From assembly GCA_963826115.1 (NCBI GenBank), contig CAWGVS010000005.1:1600001-1664000 (forward strand): DNA of 64,000 bases, written 5' to 3'. Every line of letters begins with the position of its first letter. Positions within the stretch are counted from its first letter, which is position 1. Below the pieces are notes generated by a model, which was given only the letters and a program-made list of their open reading frames with translations, did no database searches and was not told where the DNA came from. Made by a program: the position numbers and the translations under genes. The stretch comes from an uncultured Candidatus Rokubacteria bacterium. GTDB taxonomy: Bacteria > Methylomirabilota > Methylomirabilia > Rokubacteriales > DASRDR01. Shown piece by piece: positions 39,293 to 48,842 of this stretch.

Positions 39293-39994
39293 GTGCGCCT
39301 CGCCCGCCCCTGCCGCCGCCCCCCGGTTGACGCCGCGACGGAGAGCGCGGACTCTCGACCCATCGAACCGCACGGCGCTCCGAGACGCACGACCGCCGCA
39401 CGGGCGAGCCGGACCCGGTCTCGTCTCGGACGGGCGCTCGTCGCGGTCGCCGCGTGCGGCGCCATGGCCGCTCTCCCCGCCGACGCCGAGCTCCGGTTCC
39501 GTCCGCAAGACTACCGCTCGAAGGCCACCTTCGAGCTGATCGTCGAGGCGTCACAGACCGTCAGGCCCGGCAAGAGCACCCTCGTCACCGAGAGCGCGTT
39601 TGCCACGCGCGTCCGCGGACTCACGCCGGGAAACTCCGACGGTCTGGAGATCCACTTCTTCACGAAGCCGATCACCGAGGCGTCCCGGACCGACCTCCTG
39701 GCGAACGACGCCCGCGAGCTGAAGAAGGGCAGCCATGCCGTCCTCGTGCTGTTCCTGGGCAAGGACGGCCGGGTCTGGCAGGCGAACCTGGCTCAGGTGA
39801 TGCCGGGCACGACGGTGGGGCGGACGGTGGCGTGGAAGCCGGAGGGACTGGCCCAGCTCGCGCCCTTCCGATTCGACGGCGCGCGGCTCCGCCTCCGGAG
39901 CAAGGGCGTCTACCGGGAATCCGGGGCGGAGAGGCTGACGATGTCCTGGGAGGTCGATGTGGACCTTCCCGTCTTCGATCCCGCCGCGCCCTGA
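39293..39994 (+). CDS. Hypothetical exported protein
   Basis: Signal-peptide-like segment ALVAVAACGAMAALPADA followed by a beta-rich domain; start uncertain. Confidence 0.55.
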   Translation: MRLARPCRRPPVDAATESADSRPIEPHGAPRRTTAARASRTRSRLGRALVAVAACGAMAALPADAELRFRPQDYRSKATFELIVEASQTVRPGKSTLVTESAFATRVRGLTPGNSDGLEIHFFTKPITEASRTDLLANDARELKKGSHAVLVLFLGKDGRVWQANLAQVMPGTTVGRTVAWKPEGLAQLAPFRFDGARLRLRSKGVYRESGAERLTMSWEVDVDLPVFDPAAP

Positions 39995-40081
39995 GCCCGC
40001 GCGGCTCGCACCGCCGGCCGGATCCGGGCGGGCGCCGTCAGCGGCCCTCAGCGCTGCGACGGCAGGCGCGAACGGCGAGCG

Positions 40082-40702
40082 TCAGAGATCGTCGAAGTTC
40101 ACCGAGTCGAGCTCACCGACGATCGAGCCGCCGACGATGACCTCCCAGTTCTCGTTCACCTGGAAGTTCGACACCTTTGGCAGGGAGCGCTGGAAGCGCA
40201 TCAGGTTGACGCAGTTGAGCACCTCGGTGTCGAAGTGCGACAGGAGGAGCCGCAGCGCGTCCTTCGGCCGGAAGTCCTTGCAGCTGAACGCGTCGAACGC
40301 GTAGTAGTTGTCCTCGTCCCAGGTGTGGATCGCGGCGTGGGACTCCGCCCAGATGCTCACGCCGGTCACCCCGCTCTCCTCCATCTGCCGCTTCCGCAGG
40401 AATTCCCGCATGACGCGGACCGGAGCCAGCGTGAGGTCCACCGGCAGCGAAGCCTCCGCCAGGTTCCTCGCCTTGGCCGTCAGCTCAACCTCGATGTCGT
40501 CGCAGAACGTCGCCAGCTCGCCGTTGGCGAACGGATACCGGAACACGATCGGCGGCAGGACGAGCGTCATGTCGAGGTTGCGCGCGAGCGCTTCGAGGAG
40601 CGTGAACACGGTGTCCGTCGACGTCAGGTTCCGGCGGTTGAACGTCGAGGCGTCGATGATCAGATGGCGCCCCACGAAGTCACTACGCTTCGCATCCTCC
40701 AC
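40082..40702 (-). CDS. S-adenosylmethionine decarboxylase (SpeD/SpeH)-family pyruvoyl proenzyme with internal insertion
   Basis: GRHLIID; GVTG...AESHAAIHTW...FDAFSC.DF (ES/H self-cleavage site); GAAAGGAG RBS. Confidence 0.8.
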   Translation of the reverse strand: MEDAKRSDFVGRHLIIDASTFNRRNLTSTDTVFTLLEALARNLDMTLVLPPIVFRYPFANGELATFCDDIEVELTAKARNLAEASLPVDLTLAPVRVMREFLRKRQMEESGVTGVSIWAESHAAIHTWDEDNYYAFDAFSCKDFRPKDALRLLLSHFDTEVLNCVNLMRFQRSLPKVSNFQVNENWEVIVGGSIVGELDSVNFDDL

Positions 40703-40798
40703 GGTCGACTCCTTTCTCGGGTCCTGTCGCGCGTCTGAACCGCATCCTGCCAGCGGGCTCATGGAACCCGCTCATGAATTCTCACGGGTTCCGCCCCC

Positions 40799-40853
40799 CG
40801 ACACGTAAGCGTGACACATTTGTCATCTTCACGCAGCCGCCGGCATCTAGCGT
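40799..40853 (+). promoter_or_regulatory. Pho-box-like promoter upstream of phnC
   Basis: cgacac/cgtgac/tgtcat/cgcagc at 40799/40810/40821/40832, then a 10-nt spacer to TAGCGT. Confidence 0.55.
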
Positions 40854-40861
40854 CGTGGCTG

Positions 40862-41686
40862 ATGCCGTCCTCCGCGTCGCCCCGCATCGTCGTCGACAGG
40901 GTGACCAAGCGCTACTCGGGGGGCGTCGCGCTCGATCGGATCAGCTTCACCGTCGAGCCCGGCGAGTTCGTGGCCGTGATCGGCCGCTCCGGCGCGGGCA
41001 AGACGACGCTCCTCCGCTGCCTGGCCGGCTCGATCCCGGCCACGGAGGGCGCCGTCTCGATCGGCGCGTGGAGCCTCGCGACGCTGCGCGGCGCCCAGCT
41101 CCACGCCCACCGCGCCCGCGTCGGCATGGTCTTCCAGCAGTTCAACCTGGTGAAGCGCCTGCGTGTCCTCGACAACGTGCTGGTCGGGCGCCTCGGGCAC
41201 CTCCGCGGCTGGCGCCGCTGGGCGGCGCTGGGCCGCTGGTTCGATCGGGGAGAGCGCGAGCTCGCCCTCCGCTGCCTGGCTCACGTGGGCCTCCTCAACC
41301 GAACCTGGCAACGCGCCGACACGCTGTCGGGCGGCGAGCAGCAGCGGGTGGCCATCGCCAAGGTCCTGGCGCAGTCTCCGCTCCTGGTCCTGGCGGACGA
41401 GCCCATCGCGAGTCTCGACGTCGCCAACTCCGCCCTCGTCATGAGCACGCTCCGGAGCGTGGCCGCCGACACCGGCCTCACGGTGATCGCCACGCTCCAC
41501 CAGGTCGAGGCGGCCCGCCGCTACGCCGACCGCGTCCTCGGCCTCGCCCAGGGCCGGCTCGTCTTCGACGGACGACCCGCGGCGCTCGACCAGGCCGTCC
41601 TCCACGCCATCTTCGGGCCGGTGACGGACCCGCCCGAGCCCGTCGCGCTCGAGGCGACCGGCGAGCCCGCGTGGGCCGTGCCGTGA
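40862..41686 (+). CDS. phnC: Phosphonate ABC transporter ATPase
   Basis: GRSGAGKTT, FQQFNLVKRL.V..NVL.GRL, RADTLSGGEQQRV, DEPIASLD. Confidence 0.92.
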   Translation: MPSSASPRIVVDRVTKRYSGGVALDRISFTVEPGEFVAVIGRSGAGKTTLLRCLAGSIPATEGAVSIGAWSLATLRGAQLHAHRARVGMVFQQFNLVKRLRVLDNVLVGRLGHLRGWRRWAALGRWFDRGERELALRCLAHVGLLNRTWQRADTLSGGEQQRVAIAKVLAQSPLLVLADEPIASLDVANSALVMSTLRSVAADTGLTVIATLHQVEAARRYADRVLGLAQGRLVFDGRPAALDQAVLHAIFGPVTDPPEPVALEATGEPAWAVP

Positions 41687-42498
41687 CGGAGGCCCTGGCC
41701 GCCCTGCTCCGCGGGCCAGCCCCGACGCCGCCGCCCGGCAATGCCGTGAGCAAGCGGAGCCTCCTGGCTGGCCTCCTGCTCGTCGTGGCGCTGGGCCTGG
41801 CCGCCCGCGTGGTGGAGCTCCGGCCCTTCGAGCTCCTGCGGGACGTCGGCAACATCGCCGCGTTCCTCAGCGGCTACATGCATCCCTCGCTGACGCACCT
41901 CGGCGAGTACGCCTGGCAGTGCGTGGTCACCCTGTGCATCGCGCTCTGGGGCACCGTGCTCGCCGTCTTCATCGCGGTTCCCCTCGGCCTCCTGGGCGCC
42001 CGGAACTGCTCGCCGCACCCGGTCGTCTACCACGCGGCGCGCCGGACCATGGACGTGCTGCGCGCGGTCAACGAATTCGTGTTCGCGCTGATGTTCGTGA
42101 CCGCCGTGGGGCTCGGCCCCTTCGCGGGCACGCTCGCCCTCGGCGTCCACACGGGCGGCGTGCTGGGCAAGCTCCTGAGCGAGACCATCGAGGCCACGGA
42201 TCCCGGCCAGGTCGAGGGGGTCGCGGCGGCAGGGGCCGGCTGGTTCCACGTCGTGAGCTTCGGGATCGTGCCCCAGATCATGCCGAACTTCCTGTCCTAC
42301 CTCCTCCTCCGCTTCGAGTCCGACATCCGGTCGGCCTCGGTCATCGGCATGGTCGGGGGCGGCGGGATCGGCTTCTACCTGTGGGACACGATCCGGGCCT
42401 TCAACGACCGGGAGGCCGCGACCGTGATCCTGCTGATCGTGGCGATGGTGATGTGCGTCGACGTCCTGTCGTCGCGCGTCCGACGACTGGCTATCTGA
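41683..42498 (+). CDS. phnE: Phosphonate ABC transporter permease
   Basis: ALMFVTAVGLGPFAG.LAL, GKLLSE.IE, RFESDIRSASVIGMVGGGGIG. Confidence 0.93.
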   Translation: MTEALAALLRGPAPTPPPGNAVSKRSLLAGLLLVVALGLAARVVELRPFELLRDVGNIAAFLSGYMHPSLTHLGEYAWQCVVTLCIALWGTVLAVFIAVPLGLLGARNCSPHPVVYHAARRTMDVLRAVNEFVFALMFVTAVGLGPFAGTLALGVHTGGVLGKLLSETIEATDPGQVEGVAAAGAGWFHVVSFGIVPQIMPNFLSYLLLRFESDIRSASVIGMVGGGGIGFYLWDTIRAFNDREAATVILLIVAMVMCVDVLSSRVRRLAI

Positions 42499-42524
42499 AC
42501 CCGAGACCCGAGGAGGCAGCCGTG

Positions 42525-43433
42525 ATGCGAAGCGCTCGCGCCCTGGTCCTGTTCGCGCTGACCCTGACCGTGGGCCTGGGGGCCCTGACTGGCCGGCCGG
42601 CCGCCGCCAAGGACCCCAGCTGGCCCAGCGAGGTGACGTTCGCCCTCCTGTCGACGGAGTCGGCGCCCGAGATCACCCGGCGATGGGGTCCGATCCTCGC
42701 CCAGCTCGAAAAGGACCTGGGGATCACGGTCAAGCACGTCGTGGCAAGCGACTATCGCGGCACGATCGAGGCGCTGAAGTTCAAGAAGGCCGAGATCGGC
42801 TGGCTCGGGCCGAAGGCCTACATCGAGGCGTCCACCAACAACTACGCGAACGTGGAGCCAGTGGCCCAGGTGCGGAACCAGAACGGATCGCTCGGCTACC
42901 GGTCGTGCCTGATCGCCCACTCGGACTCCGACGTGTTCACCCCGGAGGACATCGGCGGCAAGACCTTCGCGTTCAACGACCCGAACTCGACGTCGGGCTA
43001 CCTCGTGCCGATGACCTTCTTCCTGAACGAGCTCGGCGTCGACACGAAGAAGCACTTCTCCAAGGTGACGTTCTCCGGGTCGCACGAGGCGTCGATCCTC
43101 GCGGTGGCCAACAAGAAGGTCGACGTCGCCTCGACGAACCTGCCCGATCTCCAGCAGCTGACGCGCGAGGGCAAGGTGACCCGCGGCAGCCTCCGCGTCA
43201 TCTGGGTGTCTCGGCTCATTCCCAACGACCCCGTCGTCGTCCGGAAGGACCTCCCGGCGAGCCTCCGTTCGGCCATCCAGGAGTCCCTCGTCTCCATGAA
43301 GGACCGCGCGCCCGACGCCTTCGTCAACGCGGGCGCGTTCTTCGGCGGCGGCTTCGTGACAGTCGACGACTCGCGGTATCAGATCATCCGCGAAATGAAC
43401 GACGCCGCCAAGAAGCTGGCCGCGCAGAAGTAG
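42525..43433 (+). CDS. phnD: Phosphonate ABC transporter substrate-binding protein
   Basis: DY.G.IEAL, GYRS, F.DPNSTSGYLVP, GSHE, IPNDP. Confidence 0.92.
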   Translation: MRSARALVLFALTLTVGLGALTGRPAAAKDPSWPSEVTFALLSTESAPEITRRWGPILAQLEKDLGITVKHVVASDYRGTIEALKFKKAEIGWLGPKAYIEASTNNYANVEPVAQVRNQNGSLGYRSCLIAHSDSDVFTPEDIGGKTFAFNDPNSTSGYLVPMTFFLNELGVDTKKHFSKVTFSGSHEASILAVANKKVDVASTNLPDLQQLTREGKVTRGSLRVIWVSRLIPNDPVVVRKDLPASLRSAIQESLVSMKDRAPDAFVNAGAFFGGGFVTVDDSRYQIIREMNDAAKKLAAQK

Positions 43434-43455
43434 CCGGGCCGCTTCCCAGAAACCG

Positions 43456-44550
43456 GTGACCCGCGAGGGGATCGCGGCGGTCTTCCGGGGCCCGGGCCGG
43501 GCCTCGGAGCTGGTCGCGTACCCCCTCCGGCCGCCCGATGCGGGCGAGGTCCTCGTCCGCGTGCGCCTCACGACCGTCTGCGGCTCGGACGTCCACGCCT
43601 GGACGGGCCGCCGCCACTGCCCCACACCGGCCATCCTCGGCCACGAGATCGTCGGCACGATCGAGGCGCTCGGCGACGGTGTCCGCCACGATCTGCTCGG
43701 GCGCATCCTCGCCGAGGGACTGCGCATCACGTGGACCGAGTACATCGCCTGCGGGCGCTGCGTCCCCTGCGCGGAGCTCGGCCTCCCCCAGAAGTGCGTA
43801 AGCGGACGGAAGTACGGGCACGAGAGTGCGATCGAGCCCCCGCATCTCTTGGGCGGCTTCGCCGCGTTCTGCTACCTCGTGCCCGGGACCGGCATCGCGC
43901 GCGTGCCGGACGAGCTGACCGACGAGGAGGCGGCGCCCGTCAACTGCGGTGTGGCCACCATGACGGCGGTGACCGAGGCGGCCGGCATCCGTCCAGGCGA
44001 CTCGGTGGTCGTTCTGGGCGCCGGGCTCCTGGGCCTCTACGGCGTGGCGATGGCGCGAGCCGCCGGCGCGGCCACGGTGCTGGCCGTGGACGCGGTGCCA
44101 GCCCGCCTACGGCTCGCCACCCGCTTCGGCGCCGACGCCACGCTCGACCGGAGCGACCTGCCGGCCGACGGCCTCGTCCCCTGGATCCGCGAGCACAACC
44201 GGCGAGGGGGCGCGGACGTCGTCATCGAGACCGCTGGCGCGCCGACGGCCCTGTCGGAAGGCATCCGGGGGCTCCGGCCTGGAGGCCGTCTCGTCACCGC
44301 CGGCCTCGTGGTCCCGGGCGCGATGGCCACCTTCGACGCGAGCGACATCGTGCGTCGGTGCGTCACGATCCGTGGCGTCCACAACTACGCGCCCCGGCAC
44401 CTCCTGGCGGCCCTCGATTTCGTCCGCGATCAGCGCGATCGGCTCCCGCTCGGGGAGCTGGTCGACGCGCGGTTCCCGCTCGCCGAGACCGACGCGGCGC
44501 TGGCCGCCGCGGCCTCGCGGCGCGCGCTCCGCCCGGCCATCATGCCGTAG
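43456..44550 (+). CDS. Zn-dependent (MDR) alcohol dehydrogenase, phosphonate-catabolism-associated type
   Basis: CGSD.H, GHE, CxxCxxC, GAGLLG, GVHNYAPRHL; directly after phnD. Confidence 0.85.
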   Translation: MTREGIAAVFRGPGRASELVAYPLRPPDAGEVLVRVRLTTVCGSDVHAWTGRRHCPTPAILGHEIVGTIEALGDGVRHDLLGRILAEGLRITWTEYIACGRCVPCAELGLPQKCVSGRKYGHESAIEPPHLLGGFAAFCYLVPGTGIARVPDELTDEEAAPVNCGVATMTAVTEAAGIRPGDSVVVLGAGLLGLYGVAMARAAGAATVLAVDAVPARLRLATRFGADATLDRSDLPADGLVPWIREHNRRGGADVVIETAGAPTALSEGIRGLRPGGRLVTAGLVVPGAMATFDASDIVRRCVTIRGVHNYAPRHLLAALDFVRDQRDRLPLGELVDARFPLAETDAALAAAASRRALRPAIMP

Positions 44551-45110
44551 CACCGGGCCGGCTCCGGCCGGGGGCGGGGCCCGGACTCCAGCCGCGCGCC
44601 CACCGCGTAGAAGAGCGTCTCGAGCAGCGGCAGCAGGTGCCAGTCCGGATGGGGAAAGCGAACGGCCAGAAAGAGGCCCCAGATCGTCAGCACGGTCCCG
44701 AGGTACTGGGGGTGCGCGACCCACGAGAACGGAAAGGCGCGGCTCCAGGGGATCTCGTAGCCGAGCCGGTCGCCGAAGAACACCCCGGCGTAGCGAAGGC
44801 GGTAGAACACGCCCCAGTTCAGCACCTGGCCGATCGCGACCAACGCCCACGCCGTCGCGAGGACCGCGGGGGTCGGGGTCCACGGGCCGACGTGCCCATG
44901 GGTGTAGAACCAGAACGCGAAGGTCGCGCACTGCAGGATCTTGCCGACGGCGAAGAGCGCGGCGACGACCGCGACGGGCTCGCCGATCCAGGCGACCGCC
45001 GGCGTCGTGCACGCGCGGCGGAACGCCTGGGGATACCGGGCGATCCAGACGTAGCAGATCCGCTCGGGCGCGAGCAGTCCGGCCGCAACCAGGAGCGGCC
45101 AGGCCTCCAC
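44430..45110 (-). CDS. PEMT-family phospholipid N-methyltransferase
   Basis: Multi-TM; GQVLN.GVFYRL...GVFFG.RLG.EIPW...FPF....HPQYLG. Confidence 0.75.
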   Translation of the reverse strand: MEAWPLLVAAGLLAPERICYVWIARYPQAFRRACTTPAVAWIGEPVAVVAALFAVGKILQCATFAFWFYTHGHVGPWTPTPAVLATAWALVAIGQVLNWGVFYRLRYAGVFFGDRLGYEIPWSRAFPFSWVAHPQYLGTVLTIWGLFLAVRFPHPDWHLLPLLETLFYAVGARLESGPRPRPEPARCYGMMAGRSARREAAAASAASVSASGNRASTSSPSGSRSR

Positions 45111-45150
45111 GGATCCGCAGCCTCCCGGATGACGGGTTAGCGGCTCTCGA

Positions 45151-47415
45151 CTAGGCGCGCCCCAGGTATCGAGGCGAGTAGGCGATCAGATCGGTGACCG
45201 GGTCGGTGACCAGCTTCACGAACCACACGAGGGCCAGCCGGAGGCCGTGCGTCCAGAACAGGTACACGACGCGCCCGCCGACCACGATCCCGGTCCAGAT
45301 GAACCATTCGCGCGCGACGGCCCCCATCATCGAGCCGAACGTCTCTCCGGTCCAGGCGCGCGCCACCAGGTGAGCGACGGGAATCACAAGGTAGGTGGCC
45401 AGGATAGCCGTCTTGCTCGGGGTATTGAACCCGAGAAGCAACGCTTCCTTGTCGTGGCACGGCGGCTCCAGGACCGCGTGGCCGATCTGGCGCAGGAACA
45501 GGGCCGCCAGGCTCGCCCACATGGCCGTCGTGAGGTCCCAGAACGCCAGCAGGTAGGCGCCCAGGAACACGCTCGAGCTGACGATGTGGAAGGCCTGATT
45601 CACGAGATCGCTGTGCGACGCGTGATGATCGTCGCGCTTCCGTCGCATGACCTCCGCGTAAAAGCTCCGGACCGCCGCCGGAGGCTGGACCAGGTGCCGC
45701 CCCATCTCCCCCACGAGACGTCTCCGCATGGCACGCTCCCTCCCTGGGTGTTCGGCCGCGGTCGGCCACCAGCCGTCTGCCTTCATGGCCGCCGCGGCGT
45801 TGACGAGCTTCGCCTGGAGCTCCTCGTAATCCTTCGTCGTGTACTCCATGTTGCTGAGGCACCGCCCCGTGCCGACCCAGGTCAGCGTCACGCCCTGGGC
45901 CCGCAGGTAGTACTGGAGGAGCCAGTTGTAGCGGCTCGGCTCCGTGAACAGGACCGTCCAGATCGTGGCCAGGTGCGTCACCCGGAGCGGCAGCCCCGCC
46001 GCGTCCAGGCGACTGTTGGTCCCGAATGCCCAGTCCTCACAGCGCCGGTTCATCTCCGCGTACTGACCCGCCGTGGACGGCTCGGCCAGCCAGCGGAGGA
46101 ACTCGTTCATCGCGCCCATCACCACCGGATGGGCCGAGAAGGTCCCGACGACGTAGGCGACGCGCATCGGTCGCTCGGGGTCGAAGCGCCGCATCAAGAC
46201 CCCGCGCCCGCACACGACGCCGATCGGCATCCCGCCCGCGACCGTCTTGCCGTACACGACCATGTCCGCGCGCACGCCGAAGTACTCCTGGGCGCCGCCC
46301 GGGGCGAGCCGGAAGCCGGTGTAGACCTCGTCGAACACGAGCGGCACCTGGCACTCGTCGCAGACCTTTCGGAGCGCCTCGAGCCAACGCACGTAGGCCG
46401 CGGAGGACTCTTCCGTCTTCCGGATGCCGCTCGTCACGAGGGTCGCGTCGTTCGGCGGCGGCGCGTTCGGGTGGAAGCACTGCACGGGGTTGACGAGCAC
46501 TGCCGCGATCTCGCCCGCTCGGCGACGGATCACGTCGAGCGAACCCTGGTGCATGTCACGGAGCGTGAGACAGTCGTCGATCGGCCGCTCGCTCCCGAGG
46601 CCCGGCTGCACGCCGTCCCACCAGCCGTGGTACGCGCCCGCAAACGAGACAATCAGGCGCCGCCGCGTGTTGAAGCGCGCGAGCCGGACCGCGGCCATCA
46701 CCGCCTCGGTGCCGCTCATGTGGAAGGACACCTCGTCGAGACCCGACACGCGCTTCAGAAGTGCCACGTTCTCGGCCACCAGCGGATGAAGGGGCCCCAG
46801 CACCGGCCCGGTGTCGCGCACCCGCTCGAGCCCCTGGGACATCCACTGCTTGTACCGGGTGAAGCCCGCGACGTTCACTCCGTACGAGCCGCCCACGTCG
46901 AGGGTCCAGTTGCCGTCGAGGTCCCGCAACCGAGGCCCGTCGGACTCCGTCACGACCGAGGCGAGGTTGAATTGCTCGCGCATCAGGCCCGCGAAGGCCA
47001 GGGGAACCCGGGTCGCATCGGTGAAGCGGAGGTCCGAGAAGCTCCCGCGAAGCTCCTCCGCCCACGCGATCGACCGGGGGTACCGCGCCCGGAGCTCGGA
47101 CGCCAGCCGGTCGAGACCCTCTCGTCGCCGCGCGGCCCACGGCTCCCCGGCGCCGTCCGCGTCGAAGAAGCTCGCGGCGTCGTAGTGGCGCGCCTTGACC
47201 ACACGCGACAGGACGCGCGCCATCAGCGGGCTCCACGCCGTCGCCCTGAGCGTCAGCGCGACGTCGATCGCCTTCCGCGCGTAGCGCGCCGCGACGATCA
47301 GGCCCACGACCAACAAGGCCAGCAGGAGCCAGTCGCCGAATCCCGGGGCGCACCCGCTCCCCTGCCCGATGGACAGGCACCGCGTCCAGGTCTGCCACGC
47401 GTCAGTCCACATCAT
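45151..47415 (-). CDS. Class-III PLP aminotransferase (GSA-aminomutase-like) fused to a C-terminal Mpo1/DUF962-like membrane domain
   Basis: SGTEA, AYHGW, FDEVYTGFR, YGKT (PLP Lys), GTFS; C-terminal HHASH...NQAFH...RQIGH with TM helices. Confidence 0.8.
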   Translation of the reverse strand: MMWTDAWQTWTRCLSIGQGSGCAPGFGDWLLLALLVVGLIVAARYARKAIDVALTLRATAWSPLMARVLSRVVKARHYDAASFFDADGAGEPWAARRREGLDRLASELRARYPRSIAWAEELRGSFSDLRFTDATRVPLAFAGLMREQFNLASVVTESDGPRLRDLDGNWTLDVGGSYGVNVAGFTRYKQWMSQGLERVRDTGPVLGPLHPLVAENVALLKRVSGLDEVSFHMSGTEAVMAAVRLARFNTRRRLIVSFAGAYHGWWDGVQPGLGSERPIDDCLTLRDMHQGSLDVIRRRAGEIAAVLVNPVQCFHPNAPPPNDATLVTSGIRKTEESSAAYVRWLEALRKVCDECQVPLVFDEVYTGFRLAPGGAQEYFGVRADMVVYGKTVAGGMPIGVVCGRGVLMRRFDPERPMRVAYVVGTFSAHPVVMGAMNEFLRWLAEPSTAGQYAEMNRRCEDWAFGTNSRLDAAGLPLRVTHLATIWTVLFTEPSRYNWLLQYYLRAQGVTLTWVGTGRCLSNMEYTTKDYEELQAKLVNAAAAMKADGWWPTAAEHPGRERAMRRRLVGEMGRHLVQPPAAVRSFYAEVMRRKRDDHHASHSDLVNQAFHIVSSSVFLGAYLLAFWDLTTAMWASLAALFLRQIGHAVLEPPCHDKEALLLGFNTPSKTAILATYLVIPVAHLVARAWTGETFGSMMGAVAREWFIWTGIVVGGRVVYLFWTHGLRLALVWFVKLVTDPVTDLIAYSPRYLGRA

Positions 47416-47452
47416 GTGACCCCTCCTTGCCCGGTCCCGTCACGACGCCCGC

Positions 47453-48676
47453 TCACGCCCGCGCGACGGTCGCGCCGAGCCGCCGCGCGCCGCCGGAGTG
47501 GCGGGCGCGGGCGCTCCCGTTCCGCGCGCTCCCGAGAAATGCCTCGAACGCATCCACCACCGTCTCCCAGTCGAGCCCGAGGGCGACCTCGCGGGCGCGA
47601 CGGCGCATCCGCGCGAGAGTCGTCGGCTCCGCCGCGGCGGCGACCGCTGCCTGGATGAACGCCCGGACCTCGCCCCGCGGGACGAGCACGCCGGACTCGC
47701 CGGTCCGGAGGTGCGCGCCGGCCGCGGCGTAGTCGTAGGCCACCACCGCGAGCCCGCTCGCCATCGCCTCGAGGACCACGTTGCCGAAGGTCTCGGTCTC
47801 GCTCGGGAAGAGGAAGATGTCGGCGGACGCGTAGTGCGCGGCCAGCGGGACGCCCGTCAGCGCGCCGCAGAAGAGGACGTCCGGGTGCGCCGCCTGGAGC
47901 GTCGCCCGGATCGGTCCGTCCCCCACGACCACGAGACGCCGCGCGAGTCCGGCCCGCCGCATCGCGCGGAAGGCGTCGATCGCGAGGCCGACGTTCTTCT
48001 CGGCCGCGATCCGACCCACGTAGAGCGCGACGAGCTCGTCGATCCCGACGCCCCAGCGTGCGCGGAGCGAGGCGTCACGGCGCCCCGGGTCGAAGAGCCG
48101 GCAGTCGACGCCGCGGCCGAGAAGCGTCAGATTCTCGAATCCCGCCGCGCGGAGACGCCCCATCAGGTCGACGCTGGGCGCCAGTGTCCCCGCGGTGCGG
48201 TTGTGGAACTGGCGCAGGCCGGCGCCGATCGCTCGCGCGAGCCACCGCGCGCCGTAGTGGCGCGCGTAGTCCGGGAAGTTCGTGTGGTAGCCGCTGAACA
48301 CCGGAATGCCGAGGCGTCGCGCGGCGCCCACCGCCGCCCACCCAAGCGGCCCCGGGGTGGCAACGTAGACCGCCTCGGGGCGCCGCGCCGTCCAGGCTCG
48401 CCTGAGCCGGCGCCCGGCCGGCCAGCCGAGCCGCACGCCGGGATACCCGGGCATCGGCGCGCCCGGCACCAGGGTCGTGCCCGGCTCCCCGCTCGCGTCG
48501 CGCCACCGCAGAACGGGGCGCGGCCTCACGACCGAGACGACGTGGCCGCGGGCTCGCAGGGCCGCGGTGAGACGCCCGAGGGTCATGGCGACCCCGTTGA
48601 TCTCCGGCGGGTAGGTCTCGGTGACAATGCAGTAGGTCCGCAGTCCGGAGTCTCGGGCGCGCCCGTCGTCCGACAT
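47453..48676 (-). CDS. GT4 glycosyltransferase (Agt-like glycolipid synthase type)
   Basis: VTETYPPEINGVA, GYHTNF, GRGVD, VGRIAAEKN, FPSETETFGNVVLEAMASG. Confidence 0.9.
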   Translation of the reverse strand: MSDDGRARDSGLRTYCIVTETYPPEINGVAMTLGRLTAALRARGHVVSVVRPRPVLRWRDASGEPGTTLVPGAPMPGYPGVRLGWPAGRRLRRAWTARRPEAVYVATPGPLGWAAVGAARRLGIPVFSGYHTNFPDYARHYGARWLARAIGAGLRQFHNRTAGTLAPSVDLMGRLRAAGFENLTLLGRGVDCRLFDPGRRDASLRARWGVGIDELVALYVGRIAAEKNVGLAIDAFRAMRRAGLARRLVVVGDGPIRATLQAAHPDVLFCGALTGVPLAAHYASADIFLFPSETETFGNVVLEAMASGLAVVAYDYAAAGAHLRTGESGVLVPRGEVRAFIQAAVAAAAEPTTLARMRRRAREVALGLDWETVVDAFEAFLGSARNGSARARHSGGARRLGATVARA

Positions 48677-48726
48677 GTGATGGCTCGCGTGAGTGCATCG
48701 TCGCTGGAGGCCCGGTGGATCGACGC

Positions 48727-48835
48727 ATGAAGTGTCTGCTACCGAGCGATTGCCATCTCGTGTCGGTCGTCGCGCGGGCCCGACGCGATCGTGTCACGCG
48801 TTCGTCACGTCGCTGCAACGAGCCGGGTCCACTCT
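48727..48835. promoter_or_regulatory. Divergent Pho-box-like repeats
   Basis: Plus strand tgtcac-N5-cgtcac-N5-tgcaac (48792-48819), 10 nt to CACTCT; degenerate minus-strand ggcaat/ggtagc/cttcat (48754-48727). Confidence 0.6.
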
Positions 48836-48842
48836 CCGGCCG

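Noticed and set aside
45151-47415. hemL (tetrapyrrole synthesis) call
   Set aside because: Extra membrane domains, lipid-gene context and no hem genes nearby
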